The translations under genes and the position numbers were made by a program. A stretch of DNA of 64,000 bases from Catajapyx aquilonaris (taxonomy: Eukaryota): the NCBI GenBank assembly GCA_000934665.2, contig JYFJ02000049.1:62001-126000 (forward strand), read 5' to 3'. Positions within the stretch are counted from its first letter, which is position 1, and each line of letters opens with the position of its first letter. Below, piece by piece: positions 37,198 to 48,858 of this stretch. The notes beneath the pieces are model-generated. The model made no database searches, had not been told where the DNA came from, and worked only from the letters and a program-made list of their open reading frames with translations.

Positions 37198-40001
37198 TAC
37201 AGCAGGCTTCAAGCGACATGCACGATGAGAATGGGCATCAACAGCAGCACGCTCAAGCGGCGAGGACCCAGCGATATGATAACCGTTTATGGGCATCAGT
37301 TACAGCCGCCACTTTCGGGTTAGGGTATTAATAGAGGGGAGGGATATGAGCCCAGTTCACCAGCTTTTTCAAACGCTAGTCGTAAAACGCCTAATGAAAC
37401 TGTCATATAAAGAAGGTCCAAGATTGTGGGCTGGAAGTGCACAATGGCACTCTCAAGCCTGCTGCAGCTTATCGATAACGCCTGTCCTTGTAGGAATAAA
37501 ATACAAGAGAGGTGGGGGTGGAAGGAGGGTTGGGGGGGGGAGTCTGAATTTATAAATATTGGGTTGCGGCACGCAGATGTGTATACAGCACACTCGGCGC
37601 TGATATCATCTGTTTTGGGGCTGGCGTCTGGCATTCTCACGTCAGATGCCATTTTAATTAAAAATTAAAATAAACTTTACGTTTCATTTTGCAAATGTGG
37701 CAAGGGAACACCACCTTTTTACAGCCAATTTCGAAACCCGGAATTAAAATTCCACTGTCAGTGGACTGCCAGAGTCCGAATACTCTTCCCCACCAAAATG
37801 TGTACTATTAATGCGGTCGTTCGTTTTAAAAATACATGTGTCGCCACATGTCACGTATCTTAAATATTTCCCTTCTACCCCCAATCCAGCGACATGCACC
37901 CTGAGCTCGCTAAAAATTAAATAAGCTTTGCGACAGTCGCAACCATGAACATCAGATATAGTGTGTCCCCTGATGTCAGCCCATTCCTCAAATTCCTGCG
38001 GAGCTTAACCCGTGAGAAGGCAGCAAAACTGAGGAGGTTAAATAGCTCTATTTATATCGCCCTCTAATGGCATCATGCAGTCCCTTAGAGCCAAGCTCTC
38101 TCAGACCCAATGAGATTAGCCTGGCGAAAAGCAGAGTCCCCAAGACCTGCGAGAAGAGCGCGCGATTGCATCCTAATGCAATGACAAACCCCCAGGCCCA
38201 ATTTCCTTCCAGACGAATGACCTTTCGCGCATACCTCTCACCCTCTCCAGCAATCCGGCCTTTTCACACTCGACAGACGTGCGCGGAATTGTCACCGACG
38301 CACACTCCTCTGTCTACTCGGCTGGAACAGTACGTAAAATTGGGGTCCAATAGGCGGCGCCTCGTAAAAAAAAAAAGAAACCCTGGCCCTTCGTGATGCT
38401 CAAATGATAATCAAAAGCGTCCACCAATTTTCCCCACCTCATAATGATCAATCGTCATATTTCCTCCGCCCCTCTTAACAGCATTACCACTTTACCCAAG
38501 TCCCCCACCCCCCCGAGTGCTGAATAATGGAAACACTGATGACATGCGAATTTCAAACTCAATCCCCCTTAATCATCAATCACCATTTCCCCCGCACCCT
38601 TGCTGCATGTTGCCTACCCGCCTGAATGTTGGCAATGCGCTTTACTACCCGATGCAACATCACACACCCGTATAGCATACATACACAACAGTTGTTTGCA
38701 CTTGATCGCGCCGAATACCCCCGCACAAGGCCGCTAAGTTTCTATTAGGTCAATTAGGGCCGTGCAGCAGCAAACCGCGTTCACCTAACAAGCCCCAGAA
38801 GTACACTTTCATTTGCGAGCATTTTAACGAACCGGAGAGAGAGAGGGGGGGGGGCGCTAATAATTGGCCCACTTATTGACGCAGGGACTATGTGTATGTG
38901 CGCCGAGTATACTCCTGTGTACTGTAGCGTCGGGTCTTCTCGGGATATGTATTCAAATGAGGCGCTGGGGAACGGAGCAAAACGGCGACAAAAGGGCCAA
39001 GCGGCGTATATAAAACGCATGGATGCCTCCTAGGGTCCATGCTTTTCATTTCCTCCCGCAAGCTCTAAATCCATAACCGGAGGCCCTAAAAGGAAGGGCC
39101 ATAACTAACGCCCAAGCTAGCTTCAGGATGACCTGCCTCTGGAAACCAAAGCCTCGTAAAATGTCTTTACGGGTGATTGTGCCAATGACACGGCATTCCG
39201 TTTTCAAATATCACTTACCCCGCGGATGCGCCATCTCCAGGACCTTTTTACGACCGCAATCATATCAAGCAAAACGTGCCTCTGCTTTTTGTTTTATTGG
39301 ATTGCTTACCCAGGATAAATCACACCCTTGCTCATAAACTTTGGGAGGCTTTTTCCCTCGAATCATCCCGAGTATGATTAATGTCAGGCTGAAGGAATAC
39401 CAACGCATCGATACATGGTCCTCAATTATTTTCACGAATGCACCTTGTTACTCCATGTGGCGCATAGTATGGAAAGAGAAGGAGCGTGTAGCTGAATATC
39501 AATCAGCGGAATCAAATTCGTTTGGTAAGAGAGACGGCCAACGAAGCGAGTAGCAAACGAGGGGGGGAGTATGCATAAGCAAACGAGGAGGCTGCCTCCA
39601 TCTCGATAGTTTCATAAGGAAAAAGAGGAGGCTCTGTTGCTGGAATAAGCCGGAAGAATGCCGCCATCCTGCCGTATATATATACGAGGAGAAGGAGAGG
39701 AAGGCGCCCTTCTTTTTTTCCTTCCTTCTCCGGCAGGATGATGGTTAATTCATGGGGATTGTTCCGGAGCTTTTAGGATAAGGCTACAACTACCCTGCCG
39801 TCCTGACCTGACTTGGAATCAGCTTGGACTCCCAAAGGAGCTCGACCGACTTGAAAAAAAAGAGAGAGTGATAGAGAGAAAGAGCGGTACCCACCTAGCA
39901 GCATCGTAGTAAAAGCAAGCGACAAGTTATGGAGTGAAATACCTTCGAGGGCAGGTCGTGGGGACAGAAACAATATTTCCTGCTGGATCTTGCAATAAAG
40001 A

Positions 40002-40019
40002 CTCCTCCTCCTCCTCCTC
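40002..40019 (+). repeat. (CTC)6 microsatellite
   Basis: Read directly. Confidence 0.85.
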
Positions 40020-40999
40020 TCCTCCATTAGAGAGAATTGCATCGGGGCCCTTTTCCTCTGGGACGACGTGTACTTTAGCAAAAGGCTTTTCCGTTCCGTA
40101 ATGAAATGGAATCAGCTGGCTTGACGCGCAGTCGGCAGCCTATGGAAAGCAACCACAGTCCACATCTTCTGTCTCTGCCATCTGCCAGCACGGTCAACAA
40201 CGCCTGCTAAATGCACGTGCCGCAAATGTGCACATCCGGACGCCCCCACTTTTTTCTCTCTCTCAGACATTAAAAAACTGACAACCGCCTAGCAACAAGA
40301 GCAAAAACTTCTCAATCTGTCTTCACGTCTTCCAAAATAATACGTAATAGTGAATAAAAAATCAGTATTTATCCTGACAGATCCACCCATCAGGCTCTCA
40401 TGTTCATTGGTCAGTCTAACTTACAGGATGAACTGGGCGTCTGATACACACTGTACTCGACAATATTCCAAGAATTGACCTACTTGAAGGAAGGAAGTTA
40501 CTGACCACTCGGTGCAAAATCCCGCCTAAATAACTACCTGTACGAGTGCAACATCTGGTTGGCTCGTGTAACGCGGAGCTACAGGTACTAATCGTGCCGT
40601 TTCCGTCCGGGTTATGTATGCAAATTTAGGCAAAGTGGGTACCGGTGCAAAATGAAGCCGCGGGCTGGTGAAGTCAACAGACCTCTTAAGGGTACATTTT
40701 TCTTATTCCTGGCCGGGTAGGCAACCTAACAGCCTCTCTCTGGGCTATACAGAAAAGTCGGCTCCAACTGTTTTGTAGCTGCACAAACGAGCTTCAAGGC
40801 TTCGTCAGAAGGAAGGGAGACGGGGAAAAAAACTCATGGCTGGAGCTGAATGTGGCCATTTCCACCCAGAGTCGAGTGTTTTACAGTAGTCGGCATGAAA
40901 TGTGTACTTCCTGAGTCTTGGAGCATAGCACGTAACGGAAGAAACGCCTTACTCGGAAATGAAGCACTTTTTAGCAAGTATTCACGGGTAATGCCAAAC

Positions 41000-41092
41000 T
41001 GGAGTTAACTTCGAGCCAAACTTTCAGCCAGCACTGAAAATTTGCACCTAAAGTATTTTCACTGTGCAACGACCGAAGTGAAGTTAGCTCCA
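41000..41092. repeat. Nested imperfect inverted repeat (~93-nt hairpin)
   Basis: TGGAGTTAACTTC (41000-41012) pairs with GAAGTTAGCTCCA (41080-41092), 13 bp with one G-U. Inner GCACTGAAAAT (41031-41041) pairs with ATTTTCA-ct-GTGC (41055-41067). Confidence 0.5.
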
Positions 41093-44000
41093 ACTTTCAG
41101 AGCCGCAGCAACATTATCAAATTATTGAAGAATATACGACGCCCACTTTGTACATTTAATTCATCTTTCATCCCGCAATGTACTTTGATGCGCCCAACTT
41201 TTAACTATCTCCGAACTTAGCAGGTAAAAGCATGATAATATCTGGCTTGTGGGAGTGGCCTTCACATGCCTGCCACTATTAGCTAATCCTGTACATGTAA
41301 CCGCAATTTGACGCCCATCATAGTCCCCTGAGCCGTGATGGCTATATATGAGCTGAGGGCGTTGAGATCCCAGCGTGACCAGGGATAGTTTCCAGCGCAT
41401 TTTAGTCACGATGGTGTCGCGATGAGAGGTTGAGATATGCATGGTGTGTGGAGGAAGGGTAGATTAATCAGGCGAGAGTATAGGAGGAGGGTTGGTATGG
41501 CGCCCATCTATCCCTTTTGGGCTGCTGCTGGTGGTGCAACTAACCCCCCTCCCTCTCTCTGCTGTATCCGCTATCGAGTTTCATGCTGGAATGCACCTCA
41601 TAATTCAGGCCCAGGGGTTGACAGGCAGCGGCCTAATTACTGCTCATGCCGGATGTGTGGAAAATATTGCGCTCAAGCTGGGAGCAAAAGGCGCTGCGAT
41701 ATTGCAGCTCAAAGAGGGCGTAATTGAGTTTCATGGAGCTTATCGACGCCCGGCACAAAGGTGTGGAGCCATGATAAGCCCTGTGCTGGCGGAAGGATTC
41801 TTTATGCCCAGCCACGGCCGTCCTTCACCTTCGCACTCGCATGTCAAAAATACTTCCTTCCAACTAATTGGGCCTCCACCTTATGTGGGCCAGTCTCCCC
41901 AGGTTCCGGTCCGCATGTCTAGTGTGTGCCTTCCACTATCAATTCACAAATGCCTGTGCCGTAAAGCAGAGAAAATTGATAAGCGTGTGCTTTGGTGGCT
42001 TTAACAAACTCGACTTCGCAGAGTACCGAAAATTCTCGTTAGCGCTGCAGCAGGGCCATTATGGCAGGCACGCAACTACATCCACACCTCGGAATGGCGA
42101 ATGTTTCGCGTGCCTCTCCCCGATAAGCAATACCAACAAATATGAGGGCCCGCGGAATGAGTCATACACGTTAAGTTATGCCTCCGTGGGCTAGGCGGAC
42201 AGGTGCCAGAATGCCACTGCAAATAAATGTCCCCGCACGATTGAAGTCGTAAAGATGCCCGGTGCAGCTGTACCACTTTGTATGCAAAACTTGGTCAAAA
42301 GTTGGATTTAATCAGCGCGACCCCTGCTTCCATTATCGCTCTTAACACGCTTCTGCAGTACATCATCTTCCGCACGTTCTCACAACACAGGCCCCGTACA
42401 CCTTCCTCGGCATGCAATGTTTACTGATCCCTCTCGGTCGGAAGGAAGTATCGTTTTCCACGCTGCATGCAAAAGCATTGGCCTTGCAGTACATCATAAA
42501 AGTTCGGGAAACTGCCAATGCACAAATAACCAATTACATTACTCAACGGGTGCAGTGCAGCTTGGAATCGACCCAGAGATCCAATCTGTTCCAACAGTGG
42601 GGAAGTAGTTACAATGGGCCATGGAGCCCAAGAAAAGAATGGAAAAAAAGAGGAAGGGAGAGAATCGCCCAGTCCCTTTATTCGACTGTAGGGTTCTCGT
42701 CCCAGCAGCCAATTAAGATCCGGCCGATAAAGCTGGAATTACACGTCGGGAAGACCCACTTGACCATATCTATTATTCTTGTGTGCCGTTCAGTCACTTG
42801 CCGCCTGTTGCGTCACGGAAGGCTGACCCCTTGTTTCTTTCGTGACTGGGACCTCCTACTTCAGCATGTCACACGTGCTGCTTCACCCTGAAGGTTTCCC
42901 ACAGTATAGAAAATCACTTCTACCCCCTGGCCAGTCTACTGTCCCCCTCATTTATTCATTGGGCTGGAATAGACTGCATATAGCCAGTGACCAATAAATA
43001 CGAGCGTTTTTATTAACGAGATCAGCGTGGTTATTTGCTATATCAGCATAATCTGCTGCATATTCATGGCCACGAGCGAAAGAGGGAAAATATCAAAGCT
43101 CACAAACAAAAGAGCGATGGCAGAAACTGATTTAACGACGCTTAATTCTCCATCACACGGACAAGTAATTAATTCCTTCATCGAATGTTGACAAATGGCT
43201 AATCAAGTGCCATCCGACCGATTATGTTGGAACGGAGCCACGGGGAACCACTGCTGATGAACGACAATAGCCTGTACCGGGCATGATTCTCATTTGCGCA
43301 CTTGACCTGTCCGTCACGTATTACCCACACACAAAAAGATACCGCCTCCCAGTTTAAATCGCTGTGGAAATTACAGCATTGGCCTGACGATATGAAGACG
43401 AATGGTCAGCGATAGTCCCCCCCCCCCCACACACAATGCTGTGGTTTTGCTAACAAGCAACACTCTCCCCTTGCAAGCTGCATCCCGGCAGAGGGCAGAC
43501 TGTGGGCTTATCGCGGCATCAGCCCCGCGCAATTAACAGCTGGAATATGGCTGTTATGCAAAACAAGTGTTAATGAAGGCGGGAAGGGGGGAAAAGGGGA
43601 GAGAATGCCTGGGGCATAATGAGACCGTGTCTGAGGCTGGTTCATTTCCAGCAGGAGCTAATCACGTCTTTTACACCTAACGCTTTTCTTTTCTTATCAA
43701 AATGTCGTATTCAAGTGCAATCAGTCATATGAAGTGTCGATATGAGGTCCATCTGAGGGCAGGGTTTCTGGGAGGGGTTGGAGGGCTGAAGAGCCATCAG
43801 CTTGTTTGATGAGTTGCGGCTGCGGCGCCATTGCTGCAGACTCTTGCGGTCGGAAGTGGCGAGAATGGGAAGAGGGGGCGCCAATGTTTGCTCTTAGGAT
43901 GTCTCCCCAGATCCATCTTTTACTTTCGGAAAAGGGGAGCCAGCACCCACAGGATTTTCAGATGCCTATACAACCAACGGCTGCTATATAGTGGAAGACT

Positions 44001-45790
44001 CCCAATTAATGAGCTGTGTACTGGCCAGCAGGTCAAGTGCAGAGTTTGCTTCAATTTCACCCTTTCTGGTAAAGCAGTCGTGCAATCACATTTCGCTCCG
44101 TTCGTTTGGGTAAGGTCCTCTGGAGCCCAGTTAGTGTCGATACAGAACCCCGGTTGCTGCTGGAGGCATGTGCCTGCGGCCATCCAATTAGTAGGTTGGT
44201 GGTGTCCTCGGGTAAAGGGAGGATTTTCTTGGGGACGTTTCCTCCTCTTCCTCTTTCCGCCTAAATACCTGTAATTACTAGCTAGAAAGTTGGATTTGCC
44301 TCGGCAGGGGAAATTAGCCAAGAGATAAACTCCGTCTTGCGGGCTAATTTGAGTATTTACGCTCCCGTCCTCCTTAATTAAGACGCATGGGAGGCAAAAT
44401 TGTGATCCACGCGGCCCGTCATCATCGTCTTCCCTCCCACAACTTCTCTTTTGCACCAATCCTCCCTCCCCCATAAAAACGGACGCAAGCCAAGGAAACA
44501 GTTGCGTGGGAACTTGGCGGCGATGAATCAAGTTCGGAGTTAATGCTGCCTCGAGGGAAAATCCTCCCTCCCTTTTGCACTTATACACAACAACTAGGGG
44601 AGAAGTCTGGCCCAAGGTGTTTCCGAATAACACGTTCGTCTACTCTGGCGATCAGACCACAACAGAAGATTCCTCTGATGTCGTGTCAAGTGAAACGCTG
44701 CTTTGAAACATGAACAGGCTGCAGGCGAGAATAAGAGGCGGTGGACAGGAAGGAAGACAACATGGGGGGCAATAAATATGGGGTCACTTTTTCCCACATC
44801 TCACCTGATCACGCACCCAACATTCCACGGAAACGACACGGACTTTTCTCATGGCGGTTCCCCCCAACACAACTTGCCTTATCGGCGCAGCTTGGATTTT
44901 GTCTTCCGGACTATACCCCGGATTTATTGCTGCTTTCCGGGAAGGATTTAATGCCAGATCCAACGCGACCCTATACTTGGATTGTGCATTATTACAATAA
45001 TAATATGAATTCAGTACATTCGGAAAACTGTCCCAAGTACAGTACATGAAGGGACAGGTCGCAACTAATGGATTAGTAATTTTGAATGGCTCGCTTGTAA
45101 ATAGTGCAAACCGACCACAGTCCCGGCCACAATTCAATGACGCGCTCCCATTTAATTATTGCTAACAGGGCAGGCCGGCTCTAATAAAAGCTATCACGGC
45201 GCCGACACTCGTAATATCAATTGGAAAAACGGATTGACGTGATTGCTCCCCCTGGATGGAAAATGGATTCCGGGACCTGTGCCGCGCATGAATAGTCAAG
45301 GACCGGCCAGAAAACTGCCTATAATTGATCCTGGTCAGCAACAACAGAATCCTGGGGTGCAATTGGATCCGGGAATCCTCCAGGGGACCAGAATGCGGCC
45401 GCACAGCCAATTCCCCGAGCCCTTTCTACTCTTCCCTCTTCTCCTCCCGCTTCTTCATTACTAGGGTGGGGGGAAAGGGGAGAGAGAGAGACCCACTTCT
45501 TTTAATCAGCTCGCAATGTGACGCAGACAAATGGCGAAACTCGATTTTCACACCGTAATTCTCCCGAATTGAAGTGACGCAACGCGATAACAGCAGATTT
45601 GTGTAATACGAAACGGCCAGCCAGTGAAGGAAAAAGAAGCGATCGAAATTAAAAGCGAGCTCGAAGACTCTCGTCTCCCGCCAATCACCCCTTTCTTGAT
45701 GAAAAAAAGGGAACCCAAACCTTTTTTCTAATTATTTCCACTCCATTACTTTACTCCCCATCCAATTCGTAAATAACTTATACTCAATTT

Positions 45791-46165
45791 TTCGATATAT
45801 CGAACAATGTGATCGAGATATCGCATGATCGATATTCTAGTATCGATATATCGCATGAGCGATATTCTAGTATCGATATATCCCATGCTCGATATAGAAC
45901 TGTCTAATATTGTCGATATATCGAACGCTGTAATCGACTTATCGAGATAGTGTGATCGGTTTCGATATTCTAGTATCGATATATCCCCAATGTGATCAAT
46001 GTATCGAGATATCGCATGCTCGATATCGATCTAATATTGTCGATATATCGAACGCTGTAATCGACTTATCGAGATAGTGTGATCGGTATCGATATTTCTA
46101 ACATTGTCTATATATCGAACCCCGATACCGACGATATATCGAATGAACGATATTATCGATATATC
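45791..46165. repeat. Complex CGATA/ATCGAT-rich palindromic minisatellite
   Basis: 30-bp tandem unit (45821-45850, 45851-45880, partial third). Identical 58-bp block at 45903-45960 and 46030-46087 (127-bp offset). TCGATATATCGA palindromes at 45792, 45913 and 46040. Five TATCGATA copies. Confidence 0.95.
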
Positions 46166-46422
46166 TAATAATCTGTATATTTTGAAACTGTAAGAGAATT
46201 TATCGTGTTTGAGGACTTGAAATATGCAAATCCCTCATTATACATGACCGATTTAATTTTCCGATATTTCTTCCCACCAGGCATGCACCTTTTGGTCTGA
46301 GAGCCAAACACAGGTGTGAGTCTCCTCACCTGTTGCATTGTTTTCCTCACTACCAGCATTCGCCCTTATAGTCAGATCGTGCCTCACACGCCCACATTCT
46401 CTCTCGCACACACTTAGCGCAT

Positions 46423-46436
46423 ACACACACACACAC
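46423..46436 (+). repeat. (AC)7 microsatellite
   Basis: Read directly. Confidence 0.85.
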
Positions 46437-48845
46437 CCACGTTTGTTGGTGTGCATGCTGGGCGTGGACGAGGGCAGCGCCCTGGAATCAATACTTTTGT
46501 CGCCGAAACGTGGGCCACCCAAAGTGCCAGCGATGGAATTATTAATGCCCGGCATAAAAATGTGTTCCGGGGCGCCTGCCTCGGCCGCCAAGTCCCCTTG
46601 ACGACCATTTCCGGGGCCAGAACAGGGCCCAAATGCTCGTTACGTAGCCCTGGAAACACGCCCTCAGGCCACGGGACCGGAGAGGAGGAAGACCTGTCGA
46701 GACCTTCACCTCTAGGCTTTACAGCTTTTTGCATGTGACCAAAAGAGAGACGCGAGGTTTCCCAGAGCCCGATGCTGCCCTGCCAAAATGCTTCATTACG
46801 GACACGATGTCGTCTGACAAGTAAATTTGGGAGGGCTTGATATGGCCCACCAGACTGTATAAATAGGCAAAATCCTCGTCACAGCATTAAAGCTCGTGGT
46901 AGGGATTAATCGACTTCCATCCATCAGAAGTGTTTATCGATTGACACCTGTGCTCTCAACGCGCTTCTATATAGTGCAGATTTGATGCTGCAGTGCTCTC
47001 GCTTCTTTTTGTCGATGGCGCCAAACTATGGTTGATAAAAAAAAGCGGACAGTATTCGGTGTAAATACGGAGTTGATTGATAGTTTCCCCGGGAGTGTTA
47101 ATGGAGCGTCATTTTTCTTGCTGGACATTTTGAATAATTAATGAAGACCCCTGCCAGCACTTCCGCTTTGCTTCTGCAATCCAGCGATGATAATCTCCAG
47201 CACTTTGTGCGCCAAAAGCCTTCCCAGTTCTTGGAAGGCAGCCGGACTTGTTATTCCCATCATGTCCTAATAGTACACGCGGATTAAGCTCCCTTCTGTG
47301 CATGTTGCTCCAATATGTTCGGAATGCATTATCCTTAAAAGGGTAGGCGTCAAAATGTTGTTGTTCCATGCAGAATGGAATAACACTGCGGTAATGAGGG
47401 CGTCGGTTGAAAAAGGTGCAGTGCCAATAAGTTAATTTGGGTTCGGCTGCATTCAAGTTTAATGATGATAATACTGTAGTTAATCAGTACCCTGCCCATA
47501 AACACGGACGCTTGCACATGACCTCTCATCATATAAACTAATTGCGGAATTGAAGCTGACGTCACACTCGCGACAATAGCTTTCAATTATGTCAGCAATG
47601 AAACTAATAATTAAAGGCTATAGCGACTTCCGTATACCCGAGTGCCGGGCGCACAATTTAAAATATCATAGCGAAATGCAGAGCAATCACAGTCACATTT
47701 GAAATCATATTGCAACTATCGCCACTAATGTAAAATAGCAGTCGTAAACACAAACTACAAAAAAACGCAATCGATCAGTAGCTGGAAACATTCAGCAACA
47801 AATGCCGACTAATTTGTGCTTGTCATTTACCCGGGTGCAGTTATACATCAAACCGATGTTTGGCATAAGTTGGACGTCATGATTTGTACCGGGCTCCACT
47901 TAATTCTCAATCTGTCAAACTAACAGAGGCGGGGAATCCAAAAAATGCAGGTTGACATCTTGCTTCATAACTGGTGACATTATGCCCGTATATCGTGTAT
48001 GAGGGGGCTTCGTGAGAGCCCATAGACATGCAAGCCATTCCGCCCAGCAATAGAGCACTGGAAAAAATAGCCAAACCGATTCCAGCCTAATGAAGTGCGA
48101 TGCTTCTACCGTGGAGCAGGACATGTAACTTTTTTAGAATAGTCGGGTCTATTTATAATGTGCCGATAATTTTGCAACCCTATGCCAAAGCGGGAACCCG
48201 TGTAGGCCTACATGCAGCAATGTTGTACATCACCATACATCCACGAATTTAGTATGTGACAGGAGAACAATCGAGGTGTTTGAGCAACGCTGCACATAAT
48301 GATGCTGCAACAATTCGGTCACAACACAAAACTTTTGCCATAATCACCTTTGCAGTTTCGAATCTCAATAATGCAGGTACAAATAATGGCAATTGTTTCG
48401 GTACATAAATGCTAAAAAAGAGTAATATGCAGGGATGTACGCTGCTACATTGTCAGAATGGACAGCTTATATTGGTATACAGAGAGTAGAGCATACCTCT
48501 AAAATAGTGCTGCTCCGACACATCCTCCATCGCGGATTCCCGCAACAAAAGAGGCTGCGACAGATGATGCTCATTCCGCTGACCTAGTACTATCACTTCC
48601 TTCAGATGGCCATAGCAGGCCATTCACTCAAAGTGGACCGAAGAACAACACAGGCCTCCGGTTCCGTCGCTGGTCCCGTAACAAATGGCAACACTCACAC
48701 CGGAAGAGCCCCACGGAGCGGCAGACAGTCATTTACAACACCTCCAGTTTTCCGAGAGGCCCCCTGACAAATGGCCCTCAAGGTGCCTGCCGCTGATACT
48801 TCTTGCCTCGCTGCATTAACCGCCACTTGTTGCCGTGAAAAAATT

Positions 48846-48858
48846 GAGAGAGAGAGAG
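48846..48858 (+). repeat. (GA)6 tract (GAGA-factor-type site)
   Basis: gagagagagagag, upstream of a CpG-rich block (48960-49080). Confidence 0.7.

Noticed and set aside
39673..39686. 14-bp palindrome CGTATATATATACG
   Set aside because: Mostly a (TA)n microsatellite, which is self-complementary by nature.
41492..42004. 170-aa ORF with a signal-peptide-like N-terminus
   Set aside because: Non-ATG start (TTG), no family resemblance, and the DNA is rich in TAATT motifs like neighbouring non-coding blocks.
43920..44633. Longest ORF (237 aa, minus strand)
   Set aside because: No recognisable domain; composition looks like translated non-coding DNA.
45791..46165. CRISPR-like array
   Set aside because: No constant repeat with unique spacers, intervening sequence is made of the same words, no cas genes, eukaryotic context.
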